DNA of 64,000 nucleotides from Histomonas meleagridis 2922-C6/04-290x (Eukaryota; Protista; Parabasalia): contig JAANOX010000248.1 of assembly GCA_020184695.1 (NCBI GenBank), positions 1-64,000 of the forward strand, written 5' to 3'. Positions 40,237-50,883 of this stretch are shown piece after piece. The translations under genes and the position numbers were made by a program. The first letter of the stretch is position 1. Each line of letters opens with the position of its first letter. A model generated the notes under the pieces. That model saw only the letters and a program-made list of their open reading frames with translations. It searched no databases and was not told the DNA's origin.

Positions 40237-40515
40237 AAAGGAAATAATATTTTTTTACTTTTAAGATGATGAAATTTAATCATACTTTGTTTATGAATCA
40301 GTAAAAGAATTTCTTAACACTTTTGACTTAATAGACAAAAAGTGGAAATTTTTGAAGTATAAGGTCATTTTAATGTTTTATTTTGGTTGATAACAGATCA
40401 AAAGGTAAAGAGTGATGTAAAAAGTTGTACCCAAAATTTTTTTTCAAAGCCGTTGGCAAAATTTTGAATGTATAAAATTTACTTTTTGTGAGATGACTGG
40501 TCATTTCTATTCTGA

Positions 40516-41496
40516 ATGAAAAGCATTGCTGTTCTTTCAAGTGGAAATGACAATTGTGGAATAAATGGAGCTATCAGATCAGTTGTTAGAAGTGCTATTG
40601 GCCAAGGAATAAAAATATACGGTGTTGAATGGGGATTTCGTGGTCTTCTTGAAGATCGTATTCATCCAATCACAAGCAGATCTGTAAGTGGTATTATTGG
40701 AAAGTCAGGTTGCCTTCTTGGATCTACAAATCCAAAAGATGAAATTGATAAAAATTTTCATCAAATATTGGCAAACTTAAACAAAAGATCTATTGATGGC
40801 ATTGTTGTCATTGGTGGCCAAGAGTCTTTCCAAAAAGTACAGAAATTGATTGATAATGGAATTCATGTTATTGGAATTCCATCAGATCTTCAAGACAGCA
40901 TTCCATGTACAGAAATTTCACTAGGCGTTGACTCAGCAGTGAATAACATTATGGCATGCATCGACCATATTCGAAGTTGTGACTCATCAAAAAATCGAAG
41001 TTTCCTAATCGAGGTAGAAGGAAGTCACACAGGTTCTCTTGCACTAAGGTCTGCTATTGTGTCTGGTTGTGAGGTCTGTCTCACGCCAGAAGACTCAATA
41101 TCAGATGAAAACGAATTAAAGAAAATTGCAGATGTCATTGATAAGACAACGAAACTTGGTAAAACACAATGCCTTTGTATCATATCGTCCGGATGGAAAC
41201 CGGGTATCAAGGCTCTAAATAATTATCTGAGTGATCACTATGGAGAAAATGATGTTGCAATAAGAGAAACAATCCTAGGATACGTACAGAGAGGAGGATC
41301 TCCATCGGCATTCGACAGAATTCTTGGTACAGAAATGGGTAATAAAGCAGTACATGCACTTATCAATGGAGAAAACGAATCCATGGTATCATGGAATAAT
41401 GGAAAGATAGGCTTGGTACCCTTTTCAATGTTAGCAAACTCAAAGAAGGATATAACGGAATTGTTAAATGCATTTAAGATGACAAATTCGTATTAA
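40516..41496 (+). CDS. pfkA: 6-phosphofructokinase (bacterial PfkA-like), catalytic motifs altered
   Basis: IAVLSSG.D..G.N..IRSVVR, GCLLGS, LGYVQRGGSPSAFDRILG; GGQES and PSDLQDS replace GGDGS and PKTIDND. Confidence 0.85.
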   Translation: MKSIAVLSSGNDNCGINGAIRSVVRSAIGQGIKIYGVEWGFRGLLEDRIHPITSRSVSGIIGKSGCLLGSTNPKDEIDKNFHQILANLNKRSIDGIVVIGGQESFQKVQKLIDNGIHVIGIPSDLQDSIPCTEISLGVDSAVNNIMACIDHIRSCDSSKNRSFLIEVEGSHTGSLALRSAIVSGCEVCLTPEDSISDENELKKIADVIDKTTKLGKTQCLCIISSGWKPGIKALNNYLSDHYGENDVAIRETILGYVQRGGSPSAFDRILGTEMGNKAVHALINGENESMVSWNNGKIGLVPFSMLANSKKDITELLNAFKMTNSY

Positions 41497-41731
41497 GTAA
41501 AAAATGTGATTGATTTAAACTGAAATAAGAAGTACACAAGCTTTAGAGCCAAAGCGCTTTTTATGCTTTTGGATTTACAAACGGAATTTAATAGAGATTT
41601 TCATTTGATTTGGAATCAGGAGAAATTGATTTTTAAAAACTTTTAATGCATAGGTATCGTATCATTTCTCTAAAATAATGAAAAGTCAACATAAGTAAAT
41701 ATTGATATTTGAATATTGAAATTTTAATGAT

Positions 41732-42202
41732 TTAAAGCCTACGTCCACGACGACCACCCTTGCGGCGTGTAGAATCGTGTGGGAGTGGAGTAACATCTTC
41801 GATACGGCCAATCTTGAGTCCAGCACGAGCTAATGCACGAAGAGCGCTTTGAGCACCTTGGGCTGGGAGACGACGTGATGAACCACCCTTACCAGAGAAT
41901 TTAATGTGAAGTCCATCAATACCCATTGTCTTGAGACGTGCAGCTACCATTTGAGCAGCAAGCATAGCAGCATATGGTGTAGATTGATCACGTTGAGCTT
42001 TAACAACCATACCACCTGTTACCTTGACAAGTGTTTCGGCACCTGAGAGATCTGTAACGTGGATGAAAGTATCATTTTTTGTTGCATAAATGTGAGCAAC
42101 GCCAAGGGCAATCTCGTTTTGTGCCTTGGTTGGACCAACATAAGCTTCTTCCTTTGTTTTCTTTGTTGTTTGTTGCTTTGCTTCAACAGCAGGTTTCGAC
42201 AT
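41732..42202 (-). CDS. RPS14: 40S ribosomal protein S14 (uS11); true start at MSKPAVE
   Basis: [44 protein letters not shown]. Confidence 0.97.
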   Translation of the reverse strand: MSKPAVEAKQQTTKKTKEEAYVGPTKAQNEIALGVAHIYATKNDTFIHVTDLSGAETLVKVTGGMVVKAQRDQSTPYAAMLAAQMVAARLKTMGIDGLHIKFSGKGGSSRRLPAQGAQSALRALARAGLKIGRIEDVTPLPHDSTRRKGGRRGRRL

Positions 42203-42225
42203 TGGTAAAGGCCGGCCAAACCGAA
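42203..42225 (-). promoter_or_regulatory. M3-like/M5-like core promoter of RPS14
   Basis: The minus strand reads TTCGGTTTGGCCGGCCTTTACCA-ATG. Confidence 0.6.
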
Positions 42226-42278
42226 AAAACCTCCGTATAGAGTGGGGTACCCCATCTATAGAAACCGTTTGAATCATA

Positions 42279-42659
42279 ATGAGCAATTTTTATACAACAG
42301 AATACAGAGATTCTTATTGGAATTATCGCAAACCATTAAAACCGGTACAAAAACATAAAATTAGTAGTGGGAAAAAACAAAGTGAAGAAAAACAAATTCC
42401 AGATATTATTATTCAAAGACAAAAATCTTTTATTGAAGAAGAGAAAATTTTAAAGAAAAAACCAAAGCCCAATAGCAGTGGAGTGGTAAAAACGAAAAAC
42501 ACAAAAGATCAAAATAAATCTATTAAAAAACAAAAGGGGAAAAAATCTTTTATCTTCACAAACACTAAAACGTTAGACATAAAGCCTAGGGTTATTGTGC
42601 ATCTCCAACAGTGTGATACTAGTAATATTACATCTGATGAATCATCAAACTTTTCTTAG
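42279..42659 (+). CDS. Small Lys-rich hypothetical protein
   Basis: 126-aa ORF head-to-head with RPS14 at 76 bp, the same spacing as other real gene pairs here. Confidence 0.45.
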   Translation: MSNFYTTEYRDSYWNYRKPLKPVQKHKISSGKKQSEEKQIPDIIIQRQKSFIEEEKILKKKPKPNSSGVVKTKNTKDQNKSIKKQKGKKSFIFTNTKTLDIKPRVIVHLQQCDTSNITSDESSNFS

Positions 42660-42901
42660 ATCAACCTTTTTGAAACAAATAACAAGTTGGTTTTCTAAGT
42701 TTTTTCTTTTAAAAACCAGAAGTTCAAACAATCAGATGAAAGAAGCCAAAAATTTTTTATTAAAGAATATGTATTTTGCTTGAAAATTTTAATAAAAACA
42801 TGATTAAAATAAGTATTTAAGCTTAAACTGTTTAAAGATTAAATGAGAATAATTAATTTTCATATTAAGAAAGTGAAACATGTTTTATTATATTTAATTA
42901 A

Positions 42902-43918
42902 TTACAAACATTTTTTCGGGTTATAAAGTCTTTTCTTTTCAGGACTTAGGAGATAGAATATTCTTGTCATTACTTCTGTTATCATTTCGTCTTTTGATGT
43001 TTTTGGTATTCCATTGAGATTCGATATAGCGTTTTCTAAGGAATTAACATCAGCTTTCATGACATGATAAACATTTGCTTTTGTCAGGTGTAAAAATATA
43101 TATCTTCTTAATTCATTGTTCTTCACCTTTTCATATATTTTCCAAAACCATTTGTTGTGTTTTTCATCCCATAATTTGAATATGTTCACAGCTTTTACAA
43201 TTTTGCAGCTTCTTACTCCAATTGTTTCAAGAAAACTTTCAATTGAATATACTTCTATCGAATTTGATTTGATTATACCTTCCTCTGGTGAGAGCTCAGA
43301 ATAAGAAAATGGTGATCTACACAAAGGACACACACAAGGACGAAGAGATTTAATACATGATTTTGCCCATTTGTGAAGACAATCTTGACAAAATTGATGG
43401 TTACATGGCAATTTTTCAAAAGATATAAGAGGACAATAACAAATTGGACATAGCTCTTCAATCCCAGAACTCATAAGTGATGCATTTATTTTAATGTTTG
43501 GACAAAAATGAACTGGTGGTTGAACAACATAAAATTTATAACGACATTCAGAAGATTGAGTTGAAAAAACAACATCACCAACTTTAAAATTTGAACCTCC
43601 GCCAAAGACAATTTCATCTCCATGACAAACTTGAACACGATGAATTTTTCTCCCATTAACAAAAGTTCCATTAAGCGAATTGTTGTCCTCAATGATAAAA
43701 ATTTCCATAGAATTCATTATTTTATGGTAGATGATTGAATGAATTTTTGAGATTTCTTTTGTTTTTGATGTATCAAGACGAATCTGACCCTTTCTACCTA
43801 TGGTAGTTTTTTCTGATAAAAGTAAAATACAGTTTGGTGCATTTTGATTCTTAATTGAGCTTTGAACCCTAAGAAGAACACCATACACCATAGTTGATGT
43901 ACGTTTAAATTTTTTCAC
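42902..43918 (-). CDS. FHA + RING-finger protein (RNF8/CHFR-like E3 ligase)
   Basis: TIGR...ISKIHS...DNNSLNGTFVNG...GDEIVFG; C3HC4 RING CPIC...CNHQFC..C...CPLCR. Confidence 0.88.
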   Translation of the reverse strand: MKKFKRTSTMVYGVLLRVQSSIKNQNAPNCILLLSEKTTIGRKGQIRLDTSKTKEISKIHSIIYHKIMNSMEIFIIEDNNSLNGTFVNGRKIHRVQVCHGDEIVFGGGSNFKVGDVVFSTQSSECRYKFYVVQPPVHFCPNIKINASLMSSGIEELCPICYCPLISFEKLPCNHQFCQDCLHKWAKSCIKSLRPCVCPLCRSPFSYSELSPEEGIIKSNSIEVYSIESFLETIGVRSCKIVKAVNIFKLWDEKHNKWFWKIYEKVKNNELRRYIFLHLTKANVYHVMKADVNSLENAISNLNGIPKTSKDEMITEVMTRIFYLLSPEKKRLYNPKKCL

Positions 43919-44229
43919 ACCTTTATCGTTGAATCGACGATCAAAAATGATTCAATGTTAATATATATTTTTCAAAATTTCTTATTGAAATTTCATCATA
44001 ATTTTTCATTTAAAAAATAAGTTTATTTATATTAAATTAAAAACAAATATTTATTTTTTGATGTTTAAAGTCTTTTTTAAAAAAAATTTTTAATTTCCTT
44101 AAATTAGATAATCACCTTTTACTGCTGTTTTATATTATTAAAACATATTCCAAATCATTAAAATGAATATCAAATCATTAAAACATATCAAAAATTATTA
44201 AAATATATATCAAATTTTTATCATAAATA

Positions 44230-44450
44230 TATTGTGTGTTAATATCAAATCCCTCTTTTTCTTTAAGTAATTTTACAGTTTCAATATTATTTGCTACTGC
44301 TATATAAAGTTCAGTCTCATATTTAATAATATTATTAGAATAAATACCACATTATTAAAATGATTATTTTTTAACATTAATCCCTTCTTTTTCTGACAGT
44401 AATTTTACTAATTCCTTAATAGCCACATGAAGTGCTGCTTCATATAATTA
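44230..44450 (-). pseudogene. Ankyrin-repeat gene fragments
   Basis: YEAALHVAIKELVKLLSEKEGINV and ETELYIAVANNIETVKLLKEKEGFDIN. Confidence 0.6.
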
Positions 44451-44565
44451 ACATTTTAAAGTCAAAATGATATTATCGTTAATATGATTTCATTTTATTT
44501 TATATGACAACACATAATTTTTTATAAAAATTAAATCAAAAAATTTTCATTATTACACATTTTAT

Positions 44566-45684
44566 TCATAGCCAATTGTCTTCATCTTCTTTCACAATAT
44601 CTTCAACTAAACTATTTACTTCTTCGATTTGCTTTGTACTTGACGTTGTCGTGTCCTTGAATTGTAACTTTGAATTCGATTTTTCTTTCTTATTATTACT
44701 TTTCACTAAAAATATAACAATTCCAACAATGATCAAAACAAATGCAAATGATCCGCAAATAATTCCAATCAAAGCATTTGTCGTAATTCCATTTGGTGAA
44801 TTTTCATTGGAAGTATAAAACATTGTAAAGAAATTGGAATAATAATTATAATAAGTCGAATAAATAACAATCGTGTAATTGTAATAAATAAATTCTGTTT
44901 CAATATATGAAAATGTCGAATTATTGATATATAATGAAAATGTTTTCGTTTTTGTTTCATAAATAGTTAATGAATGTGTAATTGATAATGTAATTGTTAA
45001 TGTATATGAAAATGATAATGAAAATGAAATATCACTTTGAAGTGATGCTGTAAATGTATTCGATTGACTAAATGAATGTGTTGGAAGTGTTTCGCATATT
45101 CCTTCCGTGTTTTCTTTGGCAACATCTAAATGTCCAAATTTACTTCCTACATATGTTGGATATGTGATAACACTTGTTGATACATTATAAAATGCATTTT
45201 CACTAATTTCTGGTTCTGAATATCCATAATAATAAATGCATTCAAGATTATAACAATTCCCAAATCCTGATCTTCCAATTTTTCTTATTCCATATCCAAG
45301 TGTTAATATCATTAAATTAGAACATAATGAAAATCCATAACTTCCAATTGTTGTAACTGAATTTGGAATTGTAATGTTTTTGATTGATGAACACATTGAA
45401 AATGCTCCATCACCAATTGTTGTAACATTTTCTCCAATTATAATCGTTTCTAAATTAAAACATGACATAAGCACATAACCTCCAATATTTGATACCGAGT
45501 TACCAAAATCAACTGAAACAACTGAAGCCCATTCTGAAAATGAATTACTTGGAATTGAATAAATATTTTCACTGATAATTATAAATTTTGTTATATTTTT
45601 ATATTGAGAAATTTCATAAAATTCATTTGAATTTATGATTGTAAGTGTTGAAGTATTTTCATTATATATTTGATAAGAATTCAT
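44566..45684 (-). CDS. BspA-like (TpLRR) surface protein with Ser/Thr stalk and C-terminal TM; the frame is open upstream to 46344
   Basis: IGENVTTIGDGAFSMCSSIKNITIPNSVTTIGSYGF repeats; TM ALIGIICGSFAFVLIIVGIVIFLV; acidic tail ending WL. Confidence 0.85.
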   Translation of the reverse strand: MNSYQIYNENTSTLTIINSNEFYEISQYKNITKFIIISENIYSIPSNSFSEWASVVSVDFGNSVSNIGGYVLMSCFNLETIIIGENVTTIGDGAFSMCSSIKNITIPNSVTTIGSYGFSLCSNLMILTLGYGIRKIGRSGFGNCYNLECIYYYGYSEPEISENAFYNVSTSVITYPTYVGSKFGHLDVAKENTEGICETLPTHSFSQSNTFTASLQSDISFSLSFSYTLTITLSITHSLTIYETKTKTFSLYINNSTFSYIETEFIYYNYTIVIYSTYYNYYSNFFTMFYTSNENSPNGITTNALIGIICGSFAFVLIIVGIVIFLVKSNNKKEKSNSKLQFKDTTTSSTKQIEEVNSLVEDIVKEDEDNWL

Positions 45685-46779
45685 AAAGAATATAACAAAA
45701 ACAAAAATATAAACAAAAATATTTTCAGTTTTTTTCTTATCTTTTACTTTCAATGTATATTTGGTCGTTAATATTTTCTGAACTGAAATTGTGTTTTTCT
45801 GATAAAATTTGATATAAATAACCGGAAATGTAATTGAAAAAATGATGGTTAAATGATGTAAAACATTCAAAATGTTTGGTCCTTCTTCGTTGTAGTTTCG
45901 CATCATCAAAAAATGTGAAAATTCACGTTTTATAGGATATACATATTCATAAGATTTGTTATATGTTTTATCAAATATACCATTTTTGACAAATATATCA
46001 ATTTCAAAGTATTTTTCCAAAATGTTTGAAAAATATGCTCTTGGAATTTTTCGTTTGTTATTAAAATTCTGATGTACAACTATTGTAGATTCATTATATG
46101 GTATCAAATTTAAAAATAATTTGTTTATCAAAACTTTATAATTATTATGAAATCTTTGAAATTTTTTGTTCATAATTTCATTAATTGATACATCCCCATC
46201 ACATTTGTAAGTCATAGCTTTCTTGTTTTCGTGGGTTTGTATTTGTAATATTTCTTTTTGAATGATATAAGGTGTAATAAGCTTTGTATCGGTTATAAAT
46301 CGTTTCATCATGATCGAAATGCTGAATAAAAGAAAGATCCTCATTTTTCAGCTTGTAATATATCTATAGACCTTCACCAATTATACATCGGCTATCTCAA
46401 AAGTTTAAAATCTCACGGTTAAACTTTTAAAAACCTGTTGTTTTATTGTCGTTTTTCAAACCAATTTTGAAATATTTCTATCGATTTTTTAAGACGACAA
46501 TCAAAGAAACAGCCTTAATACATTATAAACACACTTTTAAATAACATAATGAATATATGTTATAGAACGGAATTTATGCTTTAATTTGGTGTGCCGTTCA
46601 TTTATCTAAGATGTTTCCATCATCATAAAATTAATCCTTTTTTAAAACATTGGCAATTCAGCTATTTCTTGTTTGAATATTTATGATTTTATATAAAATA
46701 AACAAAATATAAGGAGTTCTTTATGTGCGAAATCAATTACATTGTATCTTTAATTTATAAAATATTTTTCGGTTTTGAG

Positions 46780-47040
46780 AATAATGAATTCAAGTAAAGT
46801 TTATCCATTCTCATTAAAATAAATTCCAAATTATTAAATTAAATTCTATTTGTATTAATATCAATTCCTTTATCTAAAATATATTTCACAAGTTCAATAT
46901 TTTCTATTTCTGATGCAAAAAACATAATATGTCTTGGAACTTGTTTGTTTTGAAGAGAATATTCAACAATATAATAATATCATCATTAACATCAATTCCT
47001 TCTTTAATCAAAAAGTAATAAAATTTCATGATCTTTACCT
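46780..47040 (-). pseudogene. Ankyrin-repeat gene fragment
   Basis: FYYFLIKEGIDVND and FASEIENIELVKYILDKGIDIN, interrupted by stops. Confidence 0.55.
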
Positions 47041-47390
47041 AGACAAACAGATGCTAAATCATTGATTTTAATACCATTTGATTATATTTTTTTCTAATTT
47101 GTTTTCATAAATATCATTAAAGACTTTATTTTATATTCAATAGCATTGCTTCATATATGTAAGAAAAAGTGATTACAAAATTTCTGAAGTCGGGGTCCCA
47201 CCCCGATGATATTACCCCACACACAAAAATAATGTTCAAAGCATTCTTTAAATACACTTTACAAAGGAATTTCTTAATCAGTTTCAGTTCATCAAAATTA
47301 ACCCAAAAACAGAAAGACACATATTTTATGCATTTTGAAGTTTATCTTAATAAAAAATAAATATAAATACAATTTATTAAACATATGCAT

Positions 47391-49349
47391 TTAATATTTT
47401 CCTTGAAGAAATCTTTTTTTCTCTACTTCGAGTTGACTTTCAACAGACATTAGCTTTATTTGTTTTTGTTCAACTTCTCCAATTAATTTTATCTTTTGCT
47501 TATTAATTTGTTCATAATTTTTTATTAACTTTTGTTCTTTTAGTTTTATTTCATTGACATGAACTCTCAACATTTTAATTTGATTATTTGCTTGTTGAAG
47601 AATTGCTTCGCCTTTTTCAATTTCATCTTTATTTGATAAATAAATTGTTTGAATATGTTTAAATTCTTTTTGCTTTTGTTTGATATTTTCATTTTGTTCT
47701 TTAAGAGAAATATCAAATTTTGTTTTGCTTAGTTTTGTTTTAGTCATATTATTATTTGTAATATTTTGGAATTGAATAATTTCATTTTGAATTTCATTAA
47801 TTTTTGAGTCACTTTCGCGTGTAAAGTTCTCAATATTCTGTGTTAATTCGTAAATTTTTGAATCTTTTTCGTTCAGAATTTGGTTCATTGAAATTTGTTG
47901 AATTTGATTGTATCGTTCAATTTGATCTTTTAATTTTTTGTTGTTTTCTTCAATACTTTGATTGTTTAGTTGTATTTCTTTAAGGTTTGATACTTCTGAT
48001 GAAATTTGATGACTTAGTTTTTGAATTTCTAGTTTATAATTCGAAATATTTGGAGACTTTGATTTTAATACTAAATTTTCTATGTTTTCATTTGTTTTTG
48101 ATATGTTTAAAAGTATTTCATTTTTCTTTGTGAAAAGTTCTTCTGCAGCTTTTCGATATTCATCAAAATATTTTGCGGAATTTGTTACTGTGAAATTTGG
48201 TACATTAACAATTGATTCGATATCTGTTATTTGTTGTTGTGTCATTTCAATTTGGTTATGTTTTGCATTGATATCAAATCGAAGTTTCGATTGTTCTGTT
48301 TCGAGTTCAATTATTTGTTTTTTATATTCGTTTTCAATTGACGTAAAATGTTCTTTTGCTTGTGATTCATATTCAGTTATCATTTGAGAAAAATATAATT
48401 TATATTGTTTAAGTGTTTTATCAATTTGTGTAAGTTCATTCTTTAAAGAAGACACTTCAATTGCATATTTTTGGCCATTACTTTCTGAAACTTTTGTTTG
48501 AGTTAATGCATCGATTAATTGATTTATTAATTCTTCTTGATGTGCTGTGCTTTGAGTAATTTCTATGTTCAACTTGTCAAGTTTTTTGGTGAAAAATTGT
48601 TGGGTTTTTAGTTGTTCTTGTAATTCATTGATTTCGTTTTGATGGGAGTTCCTTTTGTTGTAAAGCTTTGAAACCGAATCATTCAAATCCGAGTAACGGT
48701 CGTTTAAAAAAGAAGATGAAGAACTCGCTTCATCAAATAGTTTTCTGAATTGCTTGGCAGCGGATCTGTATTTTTCGAGGATTTCTGAGTTAGCTTTAAG
48801 GTTTTCACAAAAAACAACATATTGATTTGAGGAAACTTCGATTTCTTCAAGATATTCTTTGGTTGTCATAACGATGGATTCAATTTCCTCTAGAAGTCGA
48901 CTGTGCGTTTCTTCCAGTTTTGCAAGCTTTTCAGAAATCAATTTGATGTTTGGATCTTTGGATGAGATATTTTCAGTTGAGTAATTGGTATTAATTTTTT
49001 GTTCGTTAATTTCTTTCTCAAGAGATTTGATGCTATCATTTAACTTTGAGATTTCTTGATTGGTTGAATTTGAGAATTTCGATTTTTGTTGGCAATATTG
49101 TTTATATAATTCAGAAAGTTCTTCTTGTTTTTCAGTAATATCATCTTCTATTTCATGAATTTCATGATCGTATGCAAGAACTAACGGTGTGAATACAAAA
49201 CCACTATTGAACCAATCAGGTGCTGAATTTTTATCAACAACATTTTGTAAAGATGAATCAAGTTCAATTTCGGTTTCACCAACATATTGATTAAGTTCAA
49301 GTAATAATTTCCATAATTCTTCTTGTTTGGCTTTTAAGTTTTGTTTCAT
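47391..49349 (-). CDS. Long coiled-coil protein (weak CEP89/CCDC123-like N-terminal motif)
   Basis: 652-aa heptad-rich ORF; PDW...FTPLVLAYD motif. Confidence 0.65.
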   Translation of the reverse strand: MKQNLKAKQEELWKLLLELNQYVGETEIELDSSLQNVVDKNSAPDWFNSGFVFTPLVLAYDHEIHEIEDDITEKQEELSELYKQYCQQKSKFSNSTNQEISKLNDSIKSLEKEINEQKINTNYSTENISSKDPNIKLISEKLAKLEETHSRLLEEIESIVMTTKEYLEEIEVSSNQYVVFCENLKANSEILEKYRSAAKQFRKLFDEASSSSSFLNDRYSDLNDSVSKLYNKRNSHQNEINELQEQLKTQQFFTKKLDKLNIEITQSTAHQEELINQLIDALTQTKVSESNGQKYAIEVSSLKNELTQIDKTLKQYKLYFSQMITEYESQAKEHFTSIENEYKKQIIELETEQSKLRFDINAKHNQIEMTQQQITDIESIVNVPNFTVTNSAKYFDEYRKAAEELFTKKNEILLNISKTNENIENLVLKSKSPNISNYKLEIQKLSHQISSEVSNLKEIQLNNQSIEENNKKLKDQIERYNQIQQISMNQILNEKDSKIYELTQNIENFTRESDSKINEIQNEIIQFQNITNNNMTKTKLSKTKFDISLKEQNENIKQKQKEFKHIQTIYLSNKDEIEKGEAILQQANNQIKMLRVHVNEIKLKEQKLIKNYEQINKQKIKLIGEVEQKQIKLMSVESQLEVEKKRFLQGKY

Positions 49350-49389
49350 CTGTTGTTTTTAACATTTACCGGCTTCTTTAAAAAAGTGT

Positions 49390-49958
49390 CATATATACGG
49401 GTACCTCATGTGAAGCGGAAAATGGAATTACAAATGAACCTAAAAATACATATCCAATGAATTCATTTTGCGTTAACGCATTAACATCAATTCCATTTTC
49501 TAAAAGCAATTTTACTATTTCTATATTTTATCTGTTTGACAGCATATGAAGAGCTGTTTCAAAATATTTAAACATATATTAAAATATTAAGGTATTATAT
49601 AATATGATTCTTGTGATTGATTTTTTAATAAATATTTAACATAAATTGTAGTTATTTTTACAATATTTTAATTGATTTCTTCTTCTTTCGATTGAATTTC
49701 TTTTAAATAATTTAAATAAATATCAAATCCATTCCTTCTTATTGAAAATGCATAATAAACAAAATTGATTATTATAACATTAAATGAATCAGGAAAATTT
49801 AAATCAAATAATTTCATTGTTTGCTGTACCGTTGATTCAAGAGTTTCTTCAATCAAACTAAATATTAATTTTTTTAGTTTAGAAAGTGGTTCTAAGAATA
49901 TAGAAAGAGGCTCAGGGTATTCATTATCTGCTTTTATTGTAGTTGTTTCGTTGAGCAA
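49390..49958 (-). pseudogene. Decayed ankyrin-family gene (N-terminal fragment 49668..49958 plus a GIDVNA repeat remnant)
   Basis: GIDVNALTQN near 49450-49495 and a fragmentary ORF upstream; a 23-bp piece (caaatgaacctaaaaatacatat) recurs near 51673. Confidence 0.4.
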
Positions 49959-50418
49959 AAACGTTAGTTGTTCTTGTCTAATCGTGCGATATCACTTTTT
50001 GAATAATGTTATAAAAAGTGGACTCTATCTGAAGGCTGTTTCTCAAAATCAAACATAAAACCATGAAATTCATTTTTCGAAATTGCTTATATTTTAAAAT
50101 CCATTGAAATCAAGATATCTCTAAAATTAACTTTATAGAAATTAATTTTCTCATATGTGTAATTTGTTCCCTAGTATGGATTTCAACAATATGAAATTCT
50201 AGATGTAACACTTTTAATTTCACTACAATAATTTTTTATAATAAGTTTTCCATTACATTTGTTTGTAAACATTATTACTTTCCGATAAACCAAAAAAATG
50301 CCAATAAAAATATGCCAAGGAATTCAATCAAATAGACGGTTTTTCTGCAAATCACATTGAAAAAAACAATGTTGACGCTTTTGAATTCGAACAAGGGTGA
50401 ATGACTTCATTACTATAA

Positions 50419-50883
50419 ATGACCAATAAGCTTTCCTTAAATAATTCTACTGGAATACAACCATATAATAATGGAATTCACAATAGAGCTACTACAGGAA
50501 TTCAGCCTTATAATAATAAAAACAACCAACAATTAACTCAACCACCATCATCACCACTTTCAAGTCCACCATCATCACCACTTTCAAGACCAACTTCATC
50601 ACCACTTTCAAGGCCATCTTCGGAATCTTGTTCACCACCAAGTCCTCCTCCAAAATGTTGTGGACGTTGTCATCCTCCAGGTGCACCTCCTCCAAATTGT
50701 TGTGGACGTTGTCATCCTCCAGGTCCACCTCCTCCAAAATGTTGTGGACGTTGTCATCCTCCAGGTCCACCTCCAAATTGTTGTGGACGTTGCCATCCTC
50801 CAGGTCCACCCCCACCAGGATGGCATTGTCCACCAGGTCCTCCATATTGCCCGAATCGTTTACAAAGACCTCCAAGGAAATAG
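50419..50883 (+). CDS. Pro/Cys-rich repeat protein (PPSSPLS x4, PP(K/N)CCGRCHPPG x4)
   Basis: 154-aa ORF composed largely of 21-24 bp and 39-42 bp tandem units that keep the frame. Confidence 0.55.
   Translation: MTNKLSLNNSTGIQPYNNGIHNRATTGIQPYNNKNNQQLTQPPSSPLSSPPSSPLSRPTSSPLSRPSSESCSPPSPPPKCCGRCHPPGAPPPNCCGRCHPPGPPPPKCCGRCHPPGPPPNCCGRCHPPGPPPPGWHCPPGPPYCPNRLQRPPRK
50540..50820 (+). repeat. Two adjacent coding tandem-repeat arrays
   Basis: caccatcatcaccactttcaag-type units followed by cctccaaa(a)ttgttgtggacgttgtcatcctccaggt-type units. Confidence 0.9.

Noticed and set aside
42203-42286. N-terminal extension of RPS14 in the ORF track (similarly for the kinase at 23030, the GTPase at 24686 and Raptor at 35431)
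   Set aside because: The extensions run through promoter motifs or start at non-ATG codons; the conserved protein begins downstream
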